Source: a virus
Taxonomy: Duplodnaviria; Heunggongvirae; Uroviricota; Caudoviricetes
Length of the DNA: 64,000 nt
Direction: 5' to 3' (one strand)
Virus record (IMG/VR): IMGVR_UViG_3300047554_000527
Location: 72,387-136,386 of that record
Shown here: positions 57,338 through 64,000 of the stretch, in pieces
Layout: each line of letters starts with the position of its first letter
Position numbering within the stretch: position 1 is the first letter of the stretch
Notes under the pieces: generated by a model
What the model saw: only the letters and a program-made list of their open reading frames with translations
What the model was told of the DNA's origin: nothing
The model's database searches: none
Made by a program: the position numbers and the translations under genes

Positions 57338-57672
57338 AGATCTGTTAGACTCCTAACACTGCGCTGTGTTCTAAGTTTTTGGTAAGCCTCACCGTACTGT
57401 ACAATAGCCTTATTATATGCAGACCTAGCATTATCGTAGAGTTCTGTAGGATTTGTTACTAAGATTGGAGTGCCGTTGGCATCTAAAAACCAAGATGAGG
57501 TTGAGTCAAACCCGCCAAGCCATTCCTGTGTAATTTTAAACAGTCCGCCGTTATAGGCCACAACAGTATCCGTTTCGAACTGTTCTTTTAACAGTCGTCT
57601 CTGTTGGTTAAGGGTTGATTGATATTGGGCGAAGCTGAGAGCTTCTTCAAGTTGTTGATCTAGATTTTCCAT
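57334..57672 (-). CDS. Hypothetical protein
   Basis: YNGGLFKIT, DANGTPI motifs. Confidence 0.6.
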   Translation of the reverse strand: MENLDQQLEEALSFAQYQSTLNQQRRLLKEQFETDTVVAYNGGLFKITQEWLGGFDSTSSWFLDANGTPILVTNPTELYDNARSAYNKAIVQYGEAYQKLRTQRSVRSLTDL

Positions 57673-57716
57673 ACCCTTAATTATACTAAACTAAGGGCAG
57701 GAAAGCTAGTTATTGA

Positions 57717-58556
57717 TTACCAACCCCCACTGGAAATAGTAATAATAGATGGCGCAACGATAGCATCAGTACTGCTGTAATAGGTTATTGATGCGGCAGC
57801 ATCTGTATTCACATCTTCATCAACTGCCGGCCCAGTTCCAGTTTGATCGCCCACGTCTGCTTCACTTAAAGTAACGGTGATATCTAACTGAGTGGCACTA
57901 ACTTTGGTAATTTGAATTCGAGCATAGTTTTCAGAATATTTTGCATTAGCACCGTAGTCATAGACATCAATATTTGTACCGGCATCCCACTGAGTATTTG
58001 TATATGTTTGACTAGGGATCGCATTCAAAATGTTATCTTGCCAATCAATGTCTTTGGGTGTGCCCGTACTGTTTGAGCCGCTAACATCAACAACAAAATA
58101 GCCGCCCAGGTTAAACCAATAATTAGCAGCGTCTGCACCCGGCCATGAGAAAGTATAAATCCAGGTATGAATACCATTCCAAGGTCCTGTTAGACTTTGA
58201 GTTAAAACACTAGAAGTAATTTGCGAACTATGAACTGTAGCCTTGTTAGTTTCACAGTAATCGGCGGCGGTCTTGTAAGCATTAGCATCAGCGGCTAAAA
58301 CTAGATTACCTTCAGCAGCATCATTGATTGTGCTATCGGCACCTGTGATGTGTTTATAACATTTATTAATATCAACACGTAGGTTATCCCACTCTGCGTC
58401 ATTAATCACAGGATTGGATGCTACTTGACTGCTGGTCATTGTTTGTCCGTAGTAAGTAGATAACACACCCGCAATCGTCGATTGAATAGTGTTATAGTCC
58501 GCTTGATAAATTACATCTAACGTCGAAGTTTTTGGAAATACGCCTGCGCCTGCCAT
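57717..58556 (-). CDS. Virion structural protein
   Basis: T/S/A/D-rich; YWFNLGG motif; TAAATA upstream. Confidence 0.55.
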   Translation of the reverse strand: MAGAGVFPKTSTLDVIYQADYNTIQSTIAGVLSTYYGQTMTSSQVASNPVINDAEWDNLRVDINKCYKHITGADSTINDAAEGNLVLAADANAYKTAADYCETNKATVHSSQITSSVLTQSLTGPWNGIHTWIYTFSWPGADAANYWFNLGGYFVVDVSGSNSTGTPKDIDWQDNILNAIPSQTYTNTQWDAGTNIDVYDYGANAKYSENYARIQITKVSATQLDITVTLSEADVGDQTGTGPAVDEDVNTDAAASITYYSSTDAIVAPSIITISSGGW

Positions 58557-58585
58557 ATTAAATCCTAATCAAATATTACGACTAT

Positions 58586-59329
58586 TTAGCCAGTAACTAG
58601 GTCATGTCCGAATGCAAACGTACCCAAGTGATTTAATTGTCTGCTGAGTATGTCATCTACCCAGATCCTATGGCCCTTGTCCCTAACGGCCTTGCAGAAA
58701 TTAATATCTTCCCCTAGGTAGTCTTCAGCTTCCTGCATCCATGTCACAGGAAAGTAGGGCTTTTCAATAGTATCAAACACATCAATACGTGTCAGCATAC
58801 AGCCCATGCCCATGCCCTCTACTTCGATCAGCTCTTTAGTTATAGGAGTATCTTTACTATGCTTAAGATATGAATCCCAGTTACCTCCTAATTCTTTATA
58901 GGCCACAGTTTTGTAGGGTAACTGTCTAGTTGTATAGTTACCGCCAACAATGGCTTCCTTGTGGTCCAGCAGCTTATAGGCTGTATAGAACGGGAAGCTC
59001 ATATCTGAGTCCAACCATAGAATGTGGGTAGCTGCCCACGAACGTGCGGCATTTACCAGATTTTCACGCTGGGCCTGTAGTAGGGTGCTCATGTTATAAA
59101 ACACCTTGGTTTCTATACCCTTTTGCCAATTGTACTGCAACATGCTGTGCAGGTTATGGCTGAATACACTGTGCATCATTTCTCTGCAGGGTACGCATAC
59201 AGCTAGACGTATCTCAGAATCCTCTCTAGGGGGTTCAGGAGCCCGGCTAACTGGAGCTGGGCTGGATGTTGCAGAGGAGTTGGGCTGAGTAGGGACGTTC
59301 TGCTTTAGGGCCTTGTTAAGTAAGCTCAT
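58586..59329 (-). CDS. GT2-like glycosyltransferase
   Basis: LWLDSDMSFP; GMGCMLTR..VF; GEDINFC; HLG. Confidence 0.75.
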   Translation of the reverse strand: MSLLNKALKQNVPTQPNSSATSSPAPVSRAPEPPREDSEIRLAVCVPCREMMHSVFSHNLHSMLQYNWQKGIETKVFYNMSTLLQAQRENLVNAARSWAATHILWLDSDMSFPFYTAYKLLDHKEAIVGGNYTTRQLPYKTVAYKELGGNWDSYLKHSKDTPITKELIEVEGMGMGCMLTRIDVFDTIEKPYFPVTWMQEAEDYLGEDINFCKAVRDKGHRIWVDDILSRQLNHLGTFAFGHDLVTG

Positions 59330-59835
59330 CTTGGCATGTTCTCCGGTAGAGTATAGCCCTGGGCTGTTTCTACTTCTCTAGTAATAGTGTTGATCACATT
59401 GCCAATAGTGCCCGATACTTCCACAAATCTGCGATAGTTGTCCTCACTGAGTAGTACAGCCTTGGACATGGTGTCTCGGCCAACCCTGCCCGTAGTCATG
59501 AGATCTACCACAGCTTCACGACCCAGACGTTCGACCCAGTACTGTTCTTCACCCGCTTCAAACTGCTCTAGTTGTTGGGCCAGTTCTTCGGCTGTCCATT
59601 GATCTAGCCACTGATCTACCTGTTGCTGTTCGGCAATGAGGTTACTGCGTAGGCTGTCTTCTTGTACAGGAAGACGGCTCAGTTGATCTTCTAGTGTGCG
59701 ACGTTTGCATAGCATGTCATGTACAGCCCTGGGTTGATGCTCTCCATAGGCCTCTAGTACAAAATTCTTAAATTCCCAAGCACTTTGGTATTCGCAGTGC
59801 CCATCTAGTAATTGTCTAACCTTTGCGATATCCAT
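59326..59835 (-). CDS. Hypothetical coiled-coil protein
   Basis: 169-aa helical ORF; TAAATA upstream. Confidence 0.6.
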   Translation of the reverse strand: MDIAKVRQLLDGHCEYQSAWEFKNFVLEAYGEHQPRAVHDMLCKRRTLEDQLSRLPVQEDSLRSNLIAEQQQVDQWLDQWTAEELAQQLEQFEAGEEQYWVERLGREAVVDLMTTGRVGRDTMSKAVLLSEDNYRRFVEVSGTIGNVINTITREVETAQGYTLPENMPR

Positions 59836-59892
59836 TGATATAACTCCTTTGGTGTATTTAACACCCTATATAACAGAAGTTACTGGTTTTGA

Positions 59893-60081
59893 TCAGTAGG
59901 TATATGGATAGTAGCGTCCCGCAAAGGAACTGCTCAATTGTACGTTACTGGCGCCGCCACCGTAGTAGGTCCAGCAGGGTGAGTATAAGCCCACTTGGGT
60001 GCCCAGGCCGTAGCTGTATAGAGCTCGAGCTACCCTACCCAGCTCAGTAGTGCTACCAGTACCTGAAAAGAAGCCTGCCAT
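59893..60081 (-). CDS. Small G/Y-rich structural protein
   Basis: 62 aa; TAAATA upstream. Confidence 0.55.
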   Translation of the reverse strand: MAGFFSGTGSTTELGRVARALYSYGLGTQVGLYSPCWTYYGGGASNVQLSSSFAGRYYPYTY

Positions 60082-60122
60082 GTTATTTTAATCTCCGCTA
60101 TATTTAGCCTATAAATATTCTC

Positions 60123-60278
60123 ATGAACACCACCGATACCCTACACATGTTACGGGCCAACTTGGCCGAGCTACAGACTGCTTATAATCAAGAGCCCAGC
60201 CCAGAATTGTTGGCCAACATATTTCAGCTACAGGTAGCAGTTCAAGAGCTAGAAGCGTCAGCAGCCTCTTCTAGTTGA
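60123..60278 (+). CDS. 51-aa helical protein convergently overlapping the PMM 3' end
   Basis: TATAAATA upstream; MNTTDTLHMLRANLAELQ... Confidence 0.4.
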   Translation: MNTTDTLHMLRANLAELQTAYNQEPSPELLANIFQLQVAVQELEASAASSS

Positions 60279-60961
60279 GGAACATACAGCTCAGCTAAAA
60301 TCCTGCGGGTATCTTCCCACGATGTAACTGCATGTACCCTATGGGCTCGCTGGGCCAAACTCCAATCGTTACCACCCTGTTCTGTCCGGTCCCCGAAGAA
60401 CACTATGTTGTCAATACTGTCGGCAATCTGTGCTTTGTCCCAACCCCGAGGGTAAATGTCAATGCCCGTAGCCCCTGCAACAGTAGCGGATAATTCTGGG
60501 TATTCCATCTCGATCAACAGGGCCAACTTACGGCGCTCTTGATTACTTCTATCCCAAGCTTCATATAGCCCACGCTGTTCTACCCCAGCACCACGCCCTA
60601 GAGTACTGAAATTAACCAAACCCCCACGGCTTTCAATGTGCTGACCAGTCTTGATGGGCCAAGTGCTGGCGGCTAACAGACCCTTCAAATAGCCCTCTTG
60701 TTCGGGTGTAAGAGCCCAATCACGTGACTGCTCCAGCACACCCTGACGATAGAAATAGTTGCCCGCACAGTTATAAACTCCCGTGACAAACTCAGCAAGA
60801 TCCCGGCCCACTTGTTCAACAGTTTTGGGATAATCAGAACCCGTGATCAAATAGACAGGTTTATGCTCCGCCCAGGACTTAAACCACGCCTTGAATTCCG
60901 GGTCCATAAGCCCGCGACTAGGTGTCAGTGTGCCATCTACATCAAATACAAAATTATACAT
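60242..60961 (-). CDS. HAD-IIB phosphomannomutase (eukaryotic PMM-like)
   Basis: FDVDGTLT, LITGSD, E.RGGLVNFS.LGR, GIDIYPRGWDK, FFGDRT..GGND. Confidence 0.88.
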   Translation of the reverse strand: MYNFVFDVDGTLTPSRGLMDPEFKAWFKSWAEHKPVYLITGSDYPKTVEQVGRDLAEFVTGVYNCAGNYFYRQGVLEQSRDWALTPEQEGYLKGLLAASTWPIKTGQHIESRGGLVNFSTLGRGAGVEQRGLYEAWDRSNQERRKLALLIEMEYPELSATVAGATGIDIYPRGWDKAQIADSIDNIVFFGDRTEQGGNDWSLAQRAHRVHAVTSWEDTRRILAELYVPQLEEAADASSS

Positions 60962-61002
60962 ATCAACAACTCCAATCGCATACTTATACAGATAAATACC
61001 CC

Positions 61003-61200
61003 ATGCATAAAAAACAGTTAGAACAAGCCCTACTGCAATGGAGCGCAAGAGAAACGGAAAACAGCCGTTTTGCCCGCCACGATGTCTCTACCCGTCGTGC
61101 TCATCAATTGGGTCTAATCCTGGGACTGTTATCAAGTGTATGTGAGCACGACTTTTATGCGAAAAATCTAGTGTTGAAGAAGCTATGTTTAAAAGACTGA
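61003..61200 (+). CDS. Hypothetical protein (start MHKKQ)
   Basis: TAAATA just upstream; TGA overlaps the next ATG. Confidence 0.45.
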   Translation: MHKKQLEQALLQWSARETENSRFARHDVSTRRAHQLGLILGLLSSVCEHDFYAKNLVLKKLCLKD

Positions 61201-61349
61201 TGTCCCTAATAGATCCCGAGACTAATCCCATAGCGTTCAATGTATATCACATATTATGGATATTCCTAATAGTAGCGGCCTGTTACTATCTACACTTATA
61301 CAGCTTACCTCTACTGATCATAGTAGCAGCCATATCAAGCGAATTCTAA
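61200..61349 (+). CDS. 49-aa membrane peptide
   Basis: MSLIDPETNPIAFNVYHILWIFLIVAACYYLHLYSLPLLIIVAAISSEF; TGATG coupling. Confidence 0.4.
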   Translation: MSLIDPETNPIAFNVYHILWIFLIVAACYYLHLYSLPLLIIVAAISSEF

Positions 61350-61760
61350 ACAACTGTATATACACAAGTGTATAAGCGATGAGATTGTATAGCTCTCAGT
61401 CTGCTCACTGTATATTAAACAACTGTATAAGCAATAGCATAGTGTATATAAGACCCCGTTGTAAAGAGTCAAGAAGCTCAAATTCTACGGTAAATTTACT
61501 TTGGTATAGGGTCTAAATTTACTTTGGTATTATCTTGTATATACAGTGGGGGTACCGTAAGAGGGCGGTGGGATATGGTGAAATATGGTTGGCACCATTC
61601 TAGCATAGTGTCTCATCACTGTCACCATAATTTCTACTATACACTACAGTTTTCAGCGTAGAAACAACACTTTTTGGACGATTTTCTGCCAAAAACCCAG
61701 TCAAATCCCACCGAATCACCACCGATTCTTGACGGTTTTGTCACGGTTTTGCCACACATT
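61347..61760. repeat. Non-coding repeat-rich region (origin candidate)
   Basis: TAAACAACTGTATA x2, TAAATTTACTTTGGTAT x2, seven TGTATA in ~190 nt, ACGGTTTTG x2. Confidence 0.6.
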
Positions 61761-61763
61761 TGA

Positions 61764-61792
61764 TTGACAAAACCACGACCCCGTTGTATAAT
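61764..61792 (+). promoter_or_regulatory. Consensus sigma70 promoter
   Basis: TTGACA, 17 nt spacer, TATAAT. Confidence 0.9.
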
Positions 61793-61827
61793 ATTGCTTA
61801 TACACTAAGTAGAGTTGAAAGGTTTAT

Positions 61828-61953
61828 ATGGGGCGCATACTAAAGAGTTTCTTCATTGGCTTCTTTGCAGTGTTCTTCTACAAGAGCTATCAGTATAAGC
61901 AGCGTGATCGTGATCGCATGTTAGCTGAGATCGCACGTAACACTAGAAAGTAA
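61828..61953 (+). CDS. 41-aa protein with N-terminal TM segment
   Basis: SD GAAAGG; MGRILKSFFIGFFAVFFYKSYQYKQRDRDRMLAEIARNTRK. Confidence 0.55.
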   Translation: MGRILKSFFIGFFAVFFYKSYQYKQRDRDRMLAEIARNTRK

Positions 61954-61986
61954 CTGTATATACAGTGACCCCGTTGTAAAGGATAT

Positions 61987-62730
61987 ATGACTAGAAGGAT
62001 AGGTATTATACAGAGTCGTGGATTGGGCGATCTGATCATTGCTCTGCCCATTGCACTGCACTATAAGGAGGCTGGATACGATGAGATTCTCTGGCCCATT
62101 TGTGAAGAGTTTATTAGCACAATGCGTAAGTGTGCTCCTTGGGTAGAATGGATCCCGTTAAAGACTACTCGTGATGGGTCGTTCTTTTACTTCCATGCAC
62201 TCAATAACTTGAAGTATAGGGACTGCGAGGACATCATATGCTTGTATCAGTTCCTAAGCAATATGCCCGAACTAAGTGATCCGGATCTGTTCCCAATATT
62301 AAAGTTCGATCAATACAAGTATGCAGTGGCGGGAGTGCCATTTAAGAACAAACAACGGTTGACTGAGTGTATAACTCGTGACCCCGTTGCAGAAGATAGG
62401 GTGTATAAGCAGGTTGTTACTGGGGACAAGTATATAGTAGTACATGATCAAGGGTCGGATGTACGTGTAGATCTAGACTGGAGTGAAGCTGAAGCTGCTG
62501 GTTATCAAGTGGTAAAGATCCGGGAAGGTGTTAGTGATAATGCATTAGACTGGCTTAAAGTACTAGAGGGCGCGGAGTCACTGTATCTAATTGATAGCTG
62601 CTACAGCAACCTAGTGGATGGCCTGGACATGCATAGGGACAAGTGGTTTATCCGCCGTAGTAAGATGGATCTAACGCCCGTACTGCTGTCAGACTGGAAC
62701 TACTTTCCGCTTGCTAGCATAGGCAAGTGA
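61987..62730 (+). CDS. GT9/heptosyltransferase-like glycosyltransferase
   Basis: RGLGDLIIALPIA; late IDSCYSNLVD segment. Confidence 0.6.
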   Translation: MTRRIGIIQSRGLGDLIIALPIALHYKEAGYDEILWPICEEFISTMRKCAPWVEWIPLKTTRDGSFFYFHALNNLKYRDCEDIICLYQFLSNMPELSDPDLFPILKFDQYKYAVAGVPFKNKQRLTECITRDPVAEDRVYKQVVTGDKYIVVHDQGSDVRVDLDWSEAEAAGYQVVKIREGVSDNALDWLKVLEGAESLYLIDSCYSNLVDGLDMHRDKWFIRRSKMDLTPVLLSDWNYFPLASIGK

Positions 62731-62751
62731 CTGTATAATATTAGTTGAGAG

Positions 62752-62827
62752 GGGCCTATAGCTCAGCGGTGAGAGCAGAGGACTCATAATCCTTTGGTCG
62801 TGTGTTCGAATCACACTGGGCCCACCA
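62752..62827 (+). tRNA. tRNA with CAT anticodon, most likely tRNA-Ile2 (lysidine)
   Basis: Full cloverleaf GGGCCTA.../...TGGGCCC-A-CCA; anticodon arm GAGGA-CTCATAA-TCCTT; C4-G69 and C5-G68; no initiator features. Confidence 0.9.
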
Positions 62828-62842
62828 ATTTAAACCCTAGAA

Positions 62843-63040
62843 GAACAGGATATATCAGCTGGGCTGACAGCAGGGGCTTGCCGCCCGAGAGCTGTAAAGA
62901 AGGCTGTGAAGTAGTTGTCATAGACCACTGTAACTGTTCAGAATCCAGGACCTAATTCGGCAAGAGGTTAGGGCTCGCGGGCTGATACCCTGCAGGAACA
63001 ACTGGATGGGGCGTGTGTGGGAGACCTGCCCAGCACACGA
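62843..63040 (+). ncRNA. Candidate structured RNA downstream of the tRNA
   Basis: Nested stems GAACAG/CTGTTC, CAGCT/AGCTG, GGGC/GCCC, ATCCAG/CTGGAT, GACCT/AGGTT, AGGG/CCCT, CGTGTG/CACACG, TGGG/CCCA; no ORF. Confidence 0.45.
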
Positions 63041-63045
63041 CTGAG

Positions 63046-63109
63046 AAACCCTAAGACCCTTGTGGTTTTAGGGTCTTTTCTTGACGGCCGGCTCAGTTTG
63101 CGTTATAAT
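63046..63109 (+). promoter_or_regulatory. Hairpin plus sigma70 promoter module 1
   Basis: AAGACCCT/AGGGTCTT stem, then TTGACG, 17 nt spacer, TATAAT. Confidence 0.85.
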
Positions 63110-63129
63110 ACAGTTTTAAGGGAGCTAGA

Positions 63130-63270
63130 ATGCAAGACCAATACAAACTGCAAATCGACAAAGCCTTGTTACAATTACAAGCATTAATAGACCAGGAGTT
63201 CGAGGAAAACGAAAGCATACAAAATGCTTTTAACGCACTTGCCTGCGCTCTAGACGAAGAAATGTTGTAA
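63130..63270 (+). CDS. 46-aa acidic helical protein
   Basis: SD AAGGGAG; MQDQYKLQIDKALLQLQ...; sits between promoter modules. Confidence 0.65.
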   Translation: MQDQYKLQIDKALLQLQALIDQEFEENESIQNAFNALACALDEEML

Positions 63271-63280
63271 AAATACAACG

Positions 63281-63333
63281 ACCCTACAGACTGTAGGGTT
63301 TTGCTTGACCTTGTGGTAAAACCTTGCTATAAT
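63281..63333 (+). promoter_or_regulatory. Hairpin plus sigma70 promoter module 2
   Basis: ACCCTAC/GTAGGGT stem, then TTGACC, 17 nt spacer, TATAAT. Confidence 0.85.
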
Positions 63334-63339
63334 ACACAC

Positions 63340-63678
63340 ATGACAGCAACAAACACACATCGTAAAAAGCGCACTGACCGCACTCATGTGGTCTATGAGC
63401 TGAACGTCATGGGCTTGACCTATGTAGGCGTTACTGCAAAGACAGAAAGCACTGCATTGAAGTCGGCAAAGACACGAGCTGCCAAGCACTTTTATCGTGC
63501 TAAGACAGAAGGCAAGAACTGGCTATTGTGCGAAGCTCTGCGTGAGCTCAACGACAAGAGCGAGATTGTTGTTCGTGTTTTGGCCGTAGTGCGTGGCAAA
63601 GCAGAAGGTCATGCGCTAGAAGTACAAATCCGCCGCGAGCTTGAGCCCGCATTGAACACTGACTGCCGAGGAGACTGA
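63340..63678 (+). CDS. GIY-YIG-like nuclease-fold protein (start MTATNT)
   Basis: VVYEL...YVGVT; late E..I....P.LNT. Confidence 0.55.
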   Translation: MTATNTHRKKRTDRTHVVYELNVMGLTYVGVTAKTESTALKSAKTRAAKHFYRAKTEGKNWLLCEALRELNDKSEIVVRVLAVVRGKAEGHALEVQIRRELEPALNTDCRGD

Positions 63679-63679
63679 C

Positions 63680-63955
63680 ATGGTTGATAGAACACGACAT
63701 ACCGCATACGTTTGGAAAACAGATCGTCGTTGCAAGACTGGCGAGCGACTGGTATCCACTACAGTATGGGAAGGCCGGGATGCACTCACAGTGATCCGAG
63801 AAGTAGAGGCTGTTTGGCCTGCGAGCCAGTTCCGTGTTGAGGTTGTGCCTACGACCAAGTGGGTAAAGAACTTGATGACCGGGCAAATGGTTGAGATCGC
63901 ACACGACACGCCTCGTTCGTGCGATCCTAGCTCGGAACTCTACTGGTCTATGTAA
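63680..63955 (+). CDS. Hypothetical early protein
   Basis: SD GAGGAG; ends DTPRSCDPSSELYWSM. Confidence 0.7.
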   Translation: MVDRTRHTAYVWKTDRRCKTGERLVSTTVWEGRDALTVIREVEAVWPASQFRVEVVPTTKWVKNLMTGQMVEIAHDTPRSCDPSSELYWSM

Positions 63956-63996
63956 AGACCCTAAGACTTGACAGGTCTTTGGTTTTACCGTATAAT
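63954..63996 (+). promoter_or_regulatory. Hairpin plus sigma70 promoter module 3
   Basis: AAAGACC/GGTCTTT inverted repeat encloses TTGACA; 17 nt spacer; TATAAT. Confidence 0.85.
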
Positions 63997-64000
63997 TAAG

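Noticed and set aside
61347-61541. Mini-CRISPR array
   Set aside because: The repeats are 14-17 nt, present only twice each and of different sequence; there is no regular repeat-spacer pattern.
63093-63489. Minus-strand ORFs 63093-63278 and 63250-63489
   Set aside because: The plus-strand ORFs have SDs and dedicated sigma70 promoters; the minus frames are shadows.
1-64000. Bacterial chromosome or prophage interpretation
   Set aside because: There is no integrase or host operon context. Host-like genes are scattered singly among T4-like structural and replication genes with a phage late-promoter motif.

Overview
This window is a gene-dense segment of a large lytic tailed dsDNA phage with a T4-like organisation and no integrase or host housekeeping context. 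The host is most likely a betaproteobacterium, inferred from the TctC/Bug, IscU, phasin-like and IF-1 genes and an ANDE-type tmRNA tag. Positions 1-61 kb are mostly minus-strand and carry: an outer-membrane beta-barrel; a circularly permuted (two-piece) tmRNA whose intervening segment holds an unannotated 24-aa transmembrane ORF; nucleotide metabolism genes (dCMP deaminase, ThyX, Grx, NrdAB); Fe-S assembly genes (IscU, two A-type carriers); head-associated and tail-fibre genes; lipid/PHA-related genes (two desaturases, ACP, phasin-like proteins); IF-1; DNA ligase; and a ~20 kb modification island (GNATs, PP-loop enzyme, 2OG oxygenases, two radical SAM proteins, about six glycosyltransferase-like proteins, phosphomannomutase). 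Gene orientation flips at about 61 kb across a repeat-rich, origin-like region. After it come a tRNA-CAT, a candidate structured RNA and early-type small genes, each with a perfect sigma70 promoter. A TAAATA late-promoter motif precedes many genes. All protein calls come from motif recognition by eye; no database searches were run.
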